From Candidatus Methylomirabilota bacterium (GTDB lineage: Bacteria > Methylomirabilota > Methylomirabilia > Rokubacteriales > CSP1-6), in assembly GCA_046726415.1 (NCBI GenBank), contig JBKPAK010000103.1, positions 1 through 64,000 on the forward strand: a stretch of 64,000 bases of DNA, written 5' to 3'. The notes below the pieces were generated by a model. The model ran no database searches. It saw only the letters and a program-made list of their open reading frames with translations, and had not been told where the DNA came from. Shown here one piece after another: positions 9,237 through 19,998 of the stretch. Made by a program: the position numbers and the translations under genes. Numbering within the stretch: position 1 is the stretch's first letter; each line of letters begins with the position of its first letter.

Positions 9237-11183
9237 CTACTCCGCCTCGGCCGCCTGGCGAAACGCCTCCAGGTGCGAGGGCAGACCGAAGGCGCGCACG
9301 CGGTCACCGGGTCTCACGACGGTCTCGGCGCCCGGATCGATCACCGCCGAGCCGTCGGCACGGGTGATCGACACGATGGTGACGCCGAAGCGCTCCCGCA
9401 CGCGCGCTTCGCGGAGCGACTGGTCGGATAACCCCCCGGAGCCAATGCCGACCTCCCGAATCTCCGGCAACGGATGGCGGACCGTGGTCTCCCGCGGAGC
9501 GCGTAGGTCGATGGCGTCACGGAAACGCTCGAGGTACGCGACGATCGGCGGGGTCGGCACCGACAGACGGACCAAGGCGTGCCGGATGAGGGTGGCCGCC
9601 GCCTCCAGCTCGGGCTGAACAACTTCCGTGGCGCCGCCCTCGATCAGCTCCTCGTGCGCCGGGCCGTGGTGCGCCCGGGCCAGGATGAGCAGCGGGGGGC
9701 TGAGTGCGCGCAGGTGGCGAACGACCAGGCGCGCGCGGTCGAACTCCGGCACCGTGACCACGGCGAGAGCCGCCCGCGCCGCCCCCGCCTCCTCCAGGAT
9801 GCGCGCATGGGCCGCGTCGCCGAAGAGACATGACACACCGCGCCGGCGCAGGTGCTTGACGATGTCGGGATCGATCTCGATGACAGTGTAGGGCACGCCG
9901 AACGTCTCCAGGGCCGCCCCCACCGCGCTGCCCACCCGTCCGAACCCGCAGAGCACCACCTGCCCGCTGTTCCGGGCCGGTGCGGATGCCGTCGTCAGCT
10001 CTCGCGTCTCGCGGGCGAGCTGAGCGCGCGCGGTCCACACTGAGACGACGCGCACGAGTGCCGCATTGATCAGGATGGTCAGCAGTGAGGTGGCCAGGGT
10101 GGCGTTGTACACGTCGTCACCGACGTGGCCCGCCTCGCGCGCCACCTGGACCAGGATGAAGGAGAACTCCCCGATCTGCGTGAGCCCGACGGCCGCGCGG
10201 AGCGCCGTCCATACCGGTCGCTCGAAGAGCCACACCACCACCGTCCATACCGCGAGCTTGCCGAGCACGACGAGGCCCACGATGGCCCCGAGCAAGGGCA
10301 GATTGCTGACCACGGCCCGCGGATCGATGAGCGCGCCGATGGTGACGAAGAAGAGCGCCACGAACGCGTCCCGCAGAGGGAGCAAGCGGGCCAGCGTCTC
10401 GTGGGCGTAGTCCGACTCGCTGAGGAGGAGCCCGCCCAGGAACGCGCCCAGCGCGAGTGAGAGCCCCACCGCTTGAGTGATGGCCGCCGCGCCTAGCCCG
10501 ATGGCCAGGGCCACCAGGAGGAAGAGCTCGTCGTTTCGGGTGCGGGCCACGCGCGCCATCAACGGCGAAATCACCTTGAATGCGAGGTAACCGAAGGGCA
10601 GGAGGATGGCGGTGGCGGTGGCAAACGCCCAAGCGAGAGCGATGAGTCGCTCGCCCTTGCCCGCCCCGAGCACCGGGATGAGGACCGTCATCACGACGAC
10701 GGCGAGGTCCTCCACGAGGGTGATGCCGATGGTGATGCGGCCGTGGCGGGCGTGCAGTTCCCCGCGATCCATTAGGAGGCGCGCGAGCACCATGGTGCTG
10801 GCCACCGAGATCACCAGGCCGATGACCACGCTCTGCAGGGTGGGCCAGCCGAGCACGGCGCCCACACCCAGGCTCACCACGACACAGAGCGCGATGCCGA
10901 GCGGACCACCGATGAGGGCCACCCACCGGACGCGTGCCAGCTCGCGCAGCGAGAACTCGATCCCGATGGAGAACATCAGGAGGACGACTCCGATTTCCGC
11001 GAACAGCTCGAAGGTGTGCAGGTCGGAGACGCTGGGCCCCGGGGTGAACGGGCTGATGATGATCCCCCCGATCACGTAGCCGAGAATGAGCGGTTGCCGC
11101 GCCAGCCATGCTACGGCGCCGCCGAGAACGGCCGCCACAAAGACGTAGGCGAAGTCTCGGAAGAACAGGGGATCGGTTGTCAT
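9237..11183 (-). CDS. CPA2 cation:proton antiporter with TrkA-N/TrkA-C domains (Kef-like)
   Basis: Multi-TM N-terminal region (EIGVVLLMFSIG, QIGEFSF), CGFGRVG KTN motif, C-terminal RCK domain. Confidence 0.9.
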   Translation of the reverse strand: MTTDPLFFRDFAYVFVAAVLGGAVAWLARQPLILGYVIGGIIISPFTPGPSVSDLHTFELFAEIGVVLLMFSIGIEFSLRELARVRWVALIGGPLGIALCVVVSLGVGAVLGWPTLQSVVIGLVISVASTMVLARLLMDRGELHARHGRITIGITLVEDLAVVVMTVLIPVLGAGKGERLIALAWAFATATAILLPFGYLAFKVISPLMARVARTRNDELFLLVALAIGLGAAAITQAVGLSLALGAFLGGLLLSESDYAHETLARLLPLRDAFVALFFVTIGALIDPRAVVSNLPLLGAIVGLVVLGKLAVWTVVVWLFERPVWTALRAAVGLTQIGEFSFILVQVAREAGHVGDDVYNATLATSLLTILINAALVRVVSVWTARAQLARETRELTTASAPARNSGQVVLCGFGRVGSAVGAALETFGVPYTVIEIDPDIVKHLRRRGVSCLFGDAAHARILEEAGAARAALAVVTVPEFDRARLVVRHLRALSPPLLILARAHHGPAHEELIEGGATEVVQPELEAAATLIRHALVRLSVPTPPIVAYLERFRDAIDLRAPRETTVRHPLPEIREVGIGSGGLSDQSLREARVRERFGVTIVSITRADGSAVIDPGAETVVRPGDRVRAFGLPSHLEAFRQAAEAE

Positions 11184-11282
11184 GCGGTCCCACCACTGTA
11201 CTTCGACTCCATCCCGCCCGGGACTGGCTCGGCGCCCGGGGCGTGACGGGCTCCCGGATGCGATGATAAAGGGTAGGCTCAC

Positions 11283-12206
11283 ATGCGGGCCTACCTCGTC
11301 TCACGCCTGGCGCAGACCGCCCTGGTCGTCTTCCTTTCCTTGTCTGCCGTCTTCGCCATGACCCGCCTGGCCGGCGATCCCGTGCTGCTCTTCATGCCGA
11401 TGGACATCCAGGCCAAGGACGTCAATGAGTGGCGGCAACGCCTCGGTTTCAACGATCCGGTGGTGGTGCAGTACGCGCGCTTCATCGGCGGCGCGGTTCG
11501 CGGCGATTTCGGCGACTCCCTCCGCTATCGGCGCGATGCCCTGGGTCTCGTCCTGGAGCGCCTGCCCGCCACGCTTCAGCTGGCGGGGGCGGCGCTGATG
11601 CTGACCCTCCTCCTCGCCGTGCCGCTCGGTGTCATCACCGCGGTGCGACGCAACTCGTGGCTCGACCACCTGGGGACCATCGCCACCGTGCTGGGGCAGG
11701 CGGTGCCGGGCTTCTGGCTTGGCCTGATGCTGATCTATTTCTTCGCCGTGCACCTTCGCTGGCTGCCCACGGGCGGCATCGGGGGCCTCGCGCATCTCGT
11801 CATGCCGGCCCTCGTCCTCGCCGCGTTCTTCGCCGCGCGCGTCGCGCGGCTCACGCGCTCGGCCGTTCTCGATGTCCTGAAGGAGGACTACATCCGGACG
11901 GCCCGCGCCAAGGGGCTCGGAGAGGGCGGAGTCGTCGGTAAGCACACCCTGCGCAACTGCGCCATTCCTATCGTCACCCTCGTCGGCCTCGAGGCCGGAC
12001 AGCTCATCGGCGGCGCCGTCATCACGGAGACGATCTTCGCCTGGCCCGGACTCGGACGCTTGACGGTTCAGGCGCTCCTCAACCGCGACTTCCCGGTCGT
12101 GCTGGCCGCCGTCTCCTTCACGTCGATCGTCTACACGCTTCTGAACTTGCTCGTCGACCTCGCCTACGGCTGGCTCGATCCGCGGGTCCGGGTCAGGACA
12201 CCATGA
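11283..12206 (+). CDS. ABC transporter permease (DppB family)
   Basis: EDYIRTARAKGL, ETIFAWPG, DPRVR. Confidence 0.93.
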   Translation: MRAYLVSRLAQTALVVFLSLSAVFAMTRLAGDPVLLFMPMDIQAKDVNEWRQRLGFNDPVVVQYARFIGGAVRGDFGDSLRYRRDALGLVLERLPATLQLAGAALMLTLLLAVPLGVITAVRRNSWLDHLGTIATVLGQAVPGFWLGLMLIYFFAVHLRWLPTGGIGGLAHLVMPALVLAAFFAARVARLTRSAVLDVLKEDYIRTARAKGLGEGGVVGKHTLRNCAIPIVTLVGLEAGQLIGGAVITETIFAWPGLGRLTVQALLNRDFPVVLAAVSFTSIVYTLLNLLVDLAYGWLDPRVRVRTP

Positions 12207-13045
12207 CCTTCAAGGCCGGTCTCGGGCTCGCCCTCTCTCTGACCGTCCTCCTGGCCGCCCTCGCGGCGCCATGGCTGGCCCCCGGCGATCCCTTGAAAGC
12301 CGACTTCGCCATAGGCCTCCGCCCCCCGGGGACTCCGGGGCATCCTCTGGGGACGGATCAGCTCGGTCGGGATCTCCTGTCGCGCATCCTCTACGGCGCG
12401 CGGCTCTCGCTCTTCATCGGGATCTGCACCGTGCTGGCCACGGCGGTCGTCGGCAGCCTGCTCGGCCTCGCCGCAGGCTTCGTCGAGCGCTGGCCATCGG
12501 CGGCGATCATGCGTCTGGCCGACGTGCAGCTCTCCTTCCCGTTCATCCTGCTGGCCTTGACCATCAACGCCATCGTCGGCCTGGGGCTGCGCAACATCAT
12601 CCTCAGCCTATCCGCGGCCGGATGGGTCGTCTACGCGCGGGTCGTGCGCGGGGAGGTGCTCTCCGTGAAGCAGCGCGACTTCGTCCTCGCGGCCGCGGCG
12701 CTGGGCGTGGGACGCCTGCGCCTGCTCTTCCGTCACGTGCTGCCCAACGTGGCTCCCTCCATCATCGTGGTCGCCAGCCTGCAGTTCTCCCAGTTCATCG
12801 TGGCGGAAGCGGCCATCAGCTTCCTCGGCTTCGGCGTGCAACCCCCCACCCCGGCCTGGGGGAGCATGCTCTCCGAGAGTCGCGACTTCCTCTACGTGGC
12901 CTGGTGGCTCGCCGCCCTGCCCGGGGCGGCGCTCGCCCTCACCGCCCTCGGGGTCAATCTCCTCGGCGATTGGCTGCGCGACACCCTCGACCAAGAAGCT
13001 CCGCGTCTGAGCGCCGCCGCTCATCGCCCGCGCAGACGCGTTTGA
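12203..13045 (+). CDS. ABC transporter permease (DppC family)
   Basis: HPLGTDQLGRD, RHVLPN; atypical C-terminus, possible small indel near 12990. Confidence 0.9.
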   Translation: MTFKAGLGLALSLTVLLAALAAPWLAPGDPLKADFAIGLRPPGTPGHPLGTDQLGRDLLSRILYGARLSLFIGICTVLATAVVGSLLGLAAGFVERWPSAAIMRLADVQLSFPFILLALTINAIVGLGLRNIILSLSAAGWVVYARVVRGEVLSVKQRDFVLAAAALGVGRLRLLFRHVLPNVAPSIIVVASLQFSQFIVAEAAISFLGFGVQPPTPAWGSMLSESRDFLYVAWWLAALPGAALALTALGVNLLGDWLRDTLDQEAPRLSAAAHRPRRRV

Positions 13046-13318
13046 CCGTGGGTGAGACGCTGGATCACCACCCGGGCCATCCAGGTCGCCACGGGCCCGC
13101 CGCCCGCGCCGCTCGCATTGAGGTCGTGGTTACCGGCGCACAGGGACCCAGGCGTGTCCGCTGGTTGGCTATCTTCGGGGATCGCGTGCATGCCGGTCGC
13201 GCCTCAGATATCCAATCCGAAGGCATAGATGCGTCAGATCGGCTCGTGTATGCTCGCGTCGTGCCGGCCCGCAGTGTGGCGCGTCCGAGCCGGAACTCTC
13301 GCGCGTAAGGAGATCTGC

Positions 13319-14863
13319 ATGCATGTGCTGCGCGTACCCACGCTGGTGGTCCTCGCCCTCGTCGCCGGCTTGACCGGGCTGGCCGTCCCGGCATTTGCCC
13401 AGGATCGCGTGCGCACGAAGGAGGTCGTGGTCGGGCTGGGCGCCGAGCCACGCACGATGCTGGCCGTCACCATCGTCGACTGGACAACGAACAACATGCT
13501 CGAGCACATCTACGACCGCCTGCTCGATCGCGACGCGAAGACCCTCAAGCCCAAACCCATGCTGGCCACGGCCTGGAAGGTGGTCAACGACACCACCTGG
13601 GAGTTCACGCTCCGCCAGGGGGTCAAGTTTCACAACGGTGAGTCGTTCAATGCGCAATCGGTCAAGGCCACGATCGAATACGCGCTCGACCCGGCCAGCA
13701 AGAGCCACTACGCCACCGCCGCCTACTGGAAACCGGTCAAGGACGTTCAAGTGGTCAACGACTACACGGTGCGCTTCATTACCGACAAGCCGTGGCCGGC
13801 CCTGATCGACCACGTCTCGCTGACGAACGCCCTGATGATGCCGGCCCGGGCTCTCAAGGAGCAAGGCCCCCAGAAGCTCGCTGAGAAGCCCATCGGCGCC
13901 GGGCCCTTTCGGTTCGTGGAGTGGAAGCGGGACGAGCGCCTCGTTCTCGAGCGGAACCCCGACTACTGGGCCGGTCCGGCCGACGCGAGCAAGGTCACCT
14001 TCCGCTTCATCCCCGAGTTCAGCGCCCGCATGGCCGCGCTGCTGTCCGGGGAGATCGATATCATGAAGGACGTGCCACCCCACGCCCTGGAGTCGGTCGA
14101 GCGCTCGGGCCGGGCCAAGATCCGCTCCACCGTGTCCTCGCGGATCAACTACCTCGCCCTGGTGAATCTCAAGCCTGGGCCCATGCAGGATCTCCGCGTG
14201 CGGCGGGCCATGAACCACGCGGTCGACGTGGACGAGCTGATCGCCAAGGTGCTGCGCGGGCACGCCACCCGGATGTGCGGCGTCCTGTCGCCCGCCAACG
14301 TCGACTACGCCAGGGTGGAGTGCTACAAGCACGACCCCGCTCGCGCCCAGGCCCTCTTCAAGGAAGCCGGGATCGATCCGGCCAAGCTGCCGCTCACCCT
14401 GGACACGCCGTCGGGGCGCTACCCTCTCGATAAGGACGTGTCGCTGGCCATCGCCGCCCAGCTCCAGCGCTTCGGCATCAAGACCAATGTCGTCGTCAAC
14501 GAGTGGGGGACGCACCTGGACAAGATCAAGAACCGCAATACCGGCGACGCCTTCTTTCTCGGGTGGGGACCCGCGCTCTGGGGCCAGGGCACGATCCAGC
14601 CGCTCTTCCAGGCCGACCAGACGTATTCCTCGTACGGTAACAACAAAGTCGTTGACGAGAAGGTTGCCCGCGCTGTCACCATCGTGGACCCCAAGGGGCG
14701 GGCGGCGGCGTATGCCGAGCTACAGCAGATGCTCAGAGACGAGGCCCCGTGGGTGTTTCTCTGGCAGCAGCACGATCTCTACGGCGTGGCCAACACGGTC
14801 GAATGGTCGCCGCGCCCTGATGAGAAGGTGTGGATGTACGAGGCCAGGATCGTCGCGCGCTAG
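13319..14863 (+). CDS. ABC transporter substrate-binding protein (SBP family 5)
   Basis: AAGGAG RBS, signal peptide, FTLRQGVKFHNG, PIGAGPF. Confidence 0.92.
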   Translation: MHVLRVPTLVVLALVAGLTGLAVPAFAQDRVRTKEVVVGLGAEPRTMLAVTIVDWTTNNMLEHIYDRLLDRDAKTLKPKPMLATAWKVVNDTTWEFTLRQGVKFHNGESFNAQSVKATIEYALDPASKSHYATAAYWKPVKDVQVVNDYTVRFITDKPWPALIDHVSLTNALMMPARALKEQGPQKLAEKPIGAGPFRFVEWKRDERLVLERNPDYWAGPADASKVTFRFIPEFSARMAALLSGEIDIMKDVPPHALESVERSGRAKIRSTVSSRINYLALVNLKPGPMQDLRVRRAMNHAVDVDELIAKVLRGHATRMCGVLSPANVDYARVECYKHDPARAQALFKEAGIDPAKLPLTLDTPSGRYPLDKDVSLAIAAQLQRFGIKTNVVVNEWGTHLDKIKNRNTGDAFFLGWGPALWGQGTIQPLFQADQTYSSYGNNKVVDEKVARAVTIVDPKGRAAAYAELQQMLRDEAPWVFLWQQHDLYGVANTVEWSPRPDEKVWMYEARIVAR

Positions 14864-14883
14864 CGCGCGCGGAGGGCGCCACC

Positions 14884-16119
14884 ATGAGCCTGATCGTCTT
14901 CACCAACGCATTCCTGATCGACTGCACCGGCGCCGAGCCCTGTGAGGGCGCCGCGGTTGTCGTGGAGGACGACCGCATCGCCGAGGTCGCCCTCACCGGC
15001 AAGGTCGGAGCACTGCCGGGCGACGTCACCACGGTCGACCTCAACGGCGCGACCCTCATGCCCGGCCTCACCGACGCGCACGTGCACATCTGCGCGGTGG
15101 AGGGCAACATCACTGACCAGCACCGCTACGTGCCCCCGAGCCTGCTCGCCGCCAAAGCCCTTCGCCGCGCCGAGGAATGTCTCCTGCAGGGGTTCACCAC
15201 GGTGCGAGACGCCGGAGGGGCCGACTACGGCTTTCGCGAGGCGATCAACGAGGGGATCCACCCGGGCCCGCGCCTGCTGGTGTCCGGCAACTACCTGTCG
15301 CAGACCGGTGGCCATGGCGACAAGCGGCGCCGCGCGGAGTGGATCGAGCCCATCGGGTGCTGCCTCGGCATGGTGGGGTCGATCGCCGACGGCGAGGCCG
15401 AAGTGCGCAAGGCGGCGCGGGAGCAGCTCCGCCGCGACGTCGATCAGATCAAGATCATGGCCTCGGGCGGGGCCATGTCGCCTTCCGACGAGCTGGATAC
15501 CACGCAGTACACGGTCGGGGAGATGCGCGCGGCCGTCGAGGAGGCCCAGGCCGTCGGCAAGTACGTCCTCGCTCACGCCTACTCCGACCGCGCCGTCCGC
15601 AATGCCATCGAGGCGGGGGTGCGCTCCATCGAGCACGGCAATCTGATCCGGGAGGCGGCCGCCCAGGCCATTGCGAGCGCCGCTGCGTTCATCGTGCCGA
15701 CCATGGTCACTTACGAGGCGATCTATCGAGAGGGGAAGCGCTACGGCATCGGCGACCACCAGATCCAGAAGATCAACCAGGCCCGGGAACAGAGTATGCA
15801 GGGTCTCGAGTTTGCCTACCGTGCGGGCTGCAAGATCGGCTCGGGCTCCGATCTCCTCGGCGACATGATGGTGCAGCGTGCGGTGGAGTTCGAGCTGAAG
15901 GCACAGGTCATGAAGCCGATGGAGGTGCTGCTCTCGGCGACCAAGATCAACGCCGAGCTATTCAGGATGAGCGATCGCATCGGCAGCGTGGAGCCCAAGA
16001 AGTTCGCCGACCTCATCGCGGTGAGCGGCAACCCGCTCCGAAACCTCCGCGCCTTCCAGAATCAGGACAACCTGAAGGTCATCATGAAGGGCGGCCGCTT
16101 CTACAAAAGGGCACTCTAA
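14884..16119 (+). CDS. Metal-dependent amidohydrolase (prolidase-like subgroup)
   Basis: MPGLTDAHVH, GFTTVRDAGG, SQTGGHGD, SIEHG, GSGSD. Confidence 0.9.
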   Translation: MSLIVFTNAFLIDCTGAEPCEGAAVVVEDDRIAEVALTGKVGALPGDVTTVDLNGATLMPGLTDAHVHICAVEGNITDQHRYVPPSLLAAKALRRAEECLLQGFTTVRDAGGADYGFREAINEGIHPGPRLLVSGNYLSQTGGHGDKRRRAEWIEPIGCCLGMVGSIADGEAEVRKAAREQLRRDVDQIKIMASGGAMSPSDELDTTQYTVGEMRAAVEEAQAVGKYVLAHAYSDRAVRNAIEAGVRSIEHGNLIREAAAQAIASAAAFIVPTMVTYEAIYREGKRYGIGDHQIQKINQAREQSMQGLEFAYRAGCKIGSGSDLLGDMMVQRAVEFELKAQVMKPMEVLLSATKINAELFRMSDRIGSVEPKKFADLIAVSGNPLRNLRAFQNQDNLKVIMKGGRFYKRAL

Positions 16120-16135
16120 GCGGGGATCGGCGGCC

Positions 16136-16939
16136 ATGCGGCAGAGCGCACGACGACATCAGCCTGACGAGGCCGAGGGGCGCGCGCCCCATGCCGCCCT
16201 GACCCGCTACTACCGAGACGACAGGGAACGCCAGCAGTTCCTCAATGCCATGTTCGACCAGACCGCGGCGTCCTATGACCATCTCGCCGGCCTTATGTCG
16301 TTCGGAACCGGGTCGTGGTACCGGCGCTGGGCTCTTCGGCAGGTCGGGACCGGGCCGGGCATGCGCGTGCTCGACGTGGCCACCGGAACGGGGGCGGTGG
16401 CCAGGCTCGCCGTCCGACTGGTGGGCCCGACGGGGGTCGTGGTCGGACTCGACCCGAGCGCGGGAATGCTGGCCGAACACGCCCGCCGGCCATTCGCTGC
16501 CCGGTTGACCCAGGGCGTCGCCGAGAGCTTGCCGTTCGCGGACGGCGTATTCGATCTCCTCACCATGGGCTACGCGCTCCGGCACGTCCCTGACCTGATG
16601 GTGACCTTTCGCGAGTACCGCCGTGTAGTCCGTCCGGGCGGCCGGTTACTCATCCTCGATTTTTATCGGGCCAGTCACGCCGCGGTCCGCGGAGTTGGCG
16701 CACTCTATTTCGGCTGGCTGGTCCCGTGGCTGGCGCGGCTGACGTCTTCCAGCCGCTCGCTCCCGCGCCTCATGGAGTACTGCTGGGAGACGGTGGCGTC
16801 CTCGCTGCCGCCGGCAGCCATCGCTGAGAGCCTCGCGGCGGCGGGGCTCGAGAACGTCCGGGTCAGGCGCTGGGGGCTGGTCATCGAGTACCACGCGACG
16901 CGGCCCGGGCCGGGATCCCCAAACCGCGGCGGGGGATGA
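16136..16939 (+). CDS. UbiE/COQ5-like SAM-dependent methyltransferase
   Basis: VLDVATGTG, AESLPFAD..FD, GYALRHV. Confidence 0.85.
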   Translation: MRQSARRHQPDEAEGRAPHAALTRYYRDDRERQQFLNAMFDQTAASYDHLAGLMSFGTGSWYRRWALRQVGTGPGMRVLDVATGTGAVARLAVRLVGPTGVVVGLDPSAGMLAEHARRPFAARLTQGVAESLPFADGVFDLLTMGYALRHVPDLMVTFREYRRVVRPGGRLLILDFYRASHAAVRGVGALYFGWLVPWLARLTSSSRSLPRLMEYCWETVASSLPPAAIAESLAAAGLENVRVRRWGLVIEYHATRPGPGSPNRGGG

Positions 16940-17037
16940 TGCGACGCACCGGCGCTCGCGCCCGTCAGTTCGCTTGCGTTGTGCCGCCACGAGGAGTTCA
17001 GCGACGTCTCCCGACTAGACGGAGCCCTCACACACGC

Positions 17038-18453
17038 TCATGACACGACGGGGGGACGTCGCGTTCCAAAGCCCGTCGTCTGCTCGAACGCGTGAGCGAG
17101 CTGGAGGACGCTCAGCTCGCGCTGATGTCGACCGACGATCTGGATACCCACGGGGAGTCCCTCCGGCGTGAAGCCAGCCGGCACAGAGATGGCCGGCAAG
17201 CCCGTGACCGTGATGTCCGAGCAGGTCCGCATCCAGTCGATGTAGGTCGGCAACGCCACGCCGTTGATCTTCGTGATGTAGGGGGTGTCGACATCGAAGG
17301 GCGGGACCTGCACGGTGGGTAGCACGAGGAACTCGTAGGTCTCCATGAACCGTCGCACCCGGTGGTAGAGCTGCGTGCGCTTCAGCTCGGCATCGGCGAT
17401 CTGCGGGCCCGTGAGCTTGAGCCCTTCCTCGGCGTTCCAGATCACCGTGTCCTTGATCTGATGCCGGTGCTCGCGCAGGAGAGGGCCGTACCTGGCGGCA
17501 AACATCTGGGCCCGCAAGACCTGGAAGATTTCTCTGGCGTCGGTGAAGTCGGGTTGGCCGTCCTCCACCACGCAGCCCAGGGCGATGAACGTGGAGCGCT
17601 GAGCCTCAGCGACCGCCGCCACGCGCCGGTCGATGGGAAGTCCGCCGAGGTCGCGGCTCCAGGCGACGCGCGCGCCGTGGAAGTCGCGATCGAGTGGGAC
17701 GTGGAAGCGGTCGCCGGGCTCCGCGATGGCGATGGGCGAGCGCGGGTCTGGGCCGGCCATCACCGAGAGCAGCAACGCCACGTCGCCAACCGTGCGGGCC
17801 ATCGGCCCCTGGACACTCAAGGCCTCCCAGGCGAGCGGCGCCGGCCATTTGGGAACCCGGCCGAGCGCTGGCCGCAGACCCACCACGTTGCAGAAGCTGG
17901 CCGGATTGCGCAGCGAACCTCCGGTGTCACTGCCGTCGGCGATCGGCACCATGCCGCAGGCCAGGGCCACCGCGGCCCCGCCGCTGGAACCGCCGCACGT
18001 CTTGGACAGATCGTAGGGATTGAGGGTGGCGCCGAAGACCTGGTTGAAGGTCTGCGAGCCCGCCCCGAACTCTGGCGTATTGGTCTTGCCGATCGTGATG
18101 GCACCGGCCTGGCGCAGCCGCTCGATGATCAGGCAGTCTTCGTCGGGCACGTGGTCGCGATAGATGGGGGAGCCGAACGTCGTGCGGATCCCCTTTGTTG
18201 GCACGAGGTCCTTGTGGGCAATGGGCAGCCCGAACAAGGGGCCGGTCGTGTCCCCTCGCGCGAGAGCCGCATCCGCCGCACGGGCTTCGGCCAGCGCGCG
18301 CTCCGCGGTGAGAGTGACGATGGCGTTGATCTTGACGTTGACGCGCTCGATCTGCGCGAGGTGTGCCTGCATCACTTCGGTCACCGACACCGCACGGACC
18401 CGGATGCGGGCGGCCAACTCCGTGGCCGTCAGGAAGCAAAGATCGGTCGTCAT
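17038..18453 (-). CDS. Amidase signature family protein
   Basis: KD, GKTNTPEF, GGSSGG, GSDTGGSLRNPA. Confidence 0.93.
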   Translation of the reverse strand: MTTDLCFLTATELAARIRVRAVSVTEVMQAHLAQIERVNVKINAIVTLTAERALAEARAADAALARGDTTGPLFGLPIAHKDLVPTKGIRTTFGSPIYRDHVPDEDCLIIERLRQAGAITIGKTNTPEFGAGSQTFNQVFGATLNPYDLSKTCGGSSGGAAVALACGMVPIADGSDTGGSLRNPASFCNVVGLRPALGRVPKWPAPLAWEALSVQGPMARTVGDVALLLSVMAGPDPRSPIAIAEPGDRFHVPLDRDFHGARVAWSRDLGGLPIDRRVAAVAEAQRSTFIALGCVVEDGQPDFTDAREIFQVLRAQMFAARYGPLLREHRHQIKDTVIWNAEEGLKLTGPQIADAELKRTQLYHRVRRFMETYEFLVLPTVQVPPFDVDTPYITKINGVALPTYIDWMRTCSDITVTGLPAISVPAGFTPEGLPVGIQIVGRHQRELSVLQLAHAFEQTTGFGTRRPPVVS

Positions 18454-19892
18454 GGCTCTCGTTCCCTCGTCTGGTTTCCGTCGAGTGCTGGCCGGCGCTG
18501 CGCCCACGGCCGCGCGGCCTCGAAGGCCGCCGACGCCTGCAGCACCGTGAGGTCCGCGAAGCGACGGCCCACGATCTGCAAGCCCACCGGCAGACCGGCC
18601 GGAGTGAAGCCCGCGGGCACTGTCGCCGCCGGCTGGCCGGTGAAGTTGAACGGATAGCTGAACGACGCCCAACCGATCCAGTCCCACGGCCGCTCCGGTA
18701 CCGGCCAGTGCTCGGGGTTGAGCCGCTGGACAGGGAACGCGGCGACGGACAGCGACGGCGTGAGGAGCAGGTCGTAGCGCTCGAAGAAGGGGCGCACGGC
18801 ATCCCAGAGATCCATCTTGCGACCGCGCGCCCGAACGTAGTCGGCGGCGTTGATCTTGAACCCGTCCTCGATGCAGGCCACGAAGCCGGGATCCATACGC
18901 GAGCGCCACTCGGGCAGGAAGTGGCCGTAGCCCCCGGCATAGTGAGCGCTCCACATGCCGCGGATCAGCTCATAGGTCGGCGGCCATCGAGGTTCGAGCT
19001 CTTCCACCACACAGCCCAGCGACGCGAAGACGAGCGCGGCCTCGCGGACCACTGTGGCCACTTCGGGATCCACGCGCTGCCCGTCGAGTGTCGGACTGAA
19101 GGCCACGCGTCGCCCCTTGACCCCCGCGCCGAGCTTTCCCGCGTAGTCATCAGGGGCCGCCTCCAGCGAGGTGCGATCCCAGTCATCGGGCCCGGCCATC
19201 ACCGAGAGCATGAGCGCCGCGTCGGCGACGGTGCGAGTCATGGGTCCGTGGTGCGTGGTGTTGTCGTTGTTGGACACAGGCCACATCGGGACGCGCCCGA
19301 ACGACGGCTTCAGCCCGAAGATGCCGCAAAACGCCGAGGGGATGCGGATGGAACCAGCGCCATCGGATCCGTGGTGCAACGGCCCGAGCCCCGCCGCGGC
19401 AGCCGCGCCAGCTCCGGCGCTGGAGCCGCCGGTGTTCATGGCCGTGTTCCACGGATTGCGCGTGCTGCCCGTGAGGGGGCTGTCACCCAGGCCGACCCAG
19501 CCGAACTCCGGCGTGGTGGTCTTGCCCGTCACAATGGCGCCCGCAGCCGAGAGCCGGGTGACGAAGGGCGCGTCGACGTGCGGCACCCGGTGCTCGAAAA
19601 TGAAGGACCCCGCCATGCAGCGAACGCCCTTCGTGAAGGCCAGATCCTTGATGGAGACGGGAACGCCGTGCAGAGGGCCGAGCGAGGCGCCTCGCATCAC
19701 GGCGTGTTCCGCGTCGCGCGCCGCGGCCATCGCGGTATCCGCGGTCACGGTGCAGAAGCAGTTCAGCATGGGATTCAGTCGCTCGATCCGCTCCAGGACG
19801 GCGCGCATCAGCTCGACGGGTGACAGCGCCTTGGTGCGAACGAGGCGAACCAGATCGGTAGCGGGCGTGTAGCACAGCTCGGTGTTCGTCAT
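18450..19892 (-). CDS. Amidase signature family protein
   Basis: KD, GKTTTPEF, GGSSAG, GSDGAGSIRIPS; GAGGAGG RBS. Confidence 0.93.
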   Translation of the reverse strand: MTNTELCYTPATDLVRLVRTKALSPVELMRAVLERIERLNPMLNCFCTVTADTAMAAARDAEHAVMRGASLGPLHGVPVSIKDLAFTKGVRCMAGSFIFEHRVPHVDAPFVTRLSAAGAIVTGKTTTPEFGWVGLGDSPLTGSTRNPWNTAMNTGGSSAGAGAAAAAGLGPLHHGSDGAGSIRIPSAFCGIFGLKPSFGRVPMWPVSNNDNTTHHGPMTRTVADAALMLSVMAGPDDWDRTSLEAAPDDYAGKLGAGVKGRRVAFSPTLDGQRVDPEVATVVREAALVFASLGCVVEELEPRWPPTYELIRGMWSAHYAGGYGHFLPEWRSRMDPGFVACIEDGFKINAADYVRARGRKMDLWDAVRPFFERYDLLLTPSLSVAAFPVQRLNPEHWPVPERPWDWIGWASFSYPFNFTGQPAATVPAGFTPAGLPVGLQIVGRRFADLTVLQASAAFEAARPWAQRRPALDGNQTREREP

Positions 19893-19998
19893 GGCCTCCT
19901 CACTCGGCTATCTTGGGTCGGCGCGGCGCTGGGCCTAGGCGTGCGTCAGCTACGCGGAATCATTCGCGCAACCTGGCATCTCTCGGTCACGTGCTCAG

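Noticed and set aside
13046-13318. 270-bp gap between the permease and the SBP as an ncRNA or gene
   Set aside because: No recognisable riboswitch, RNA motif or credible ORF.
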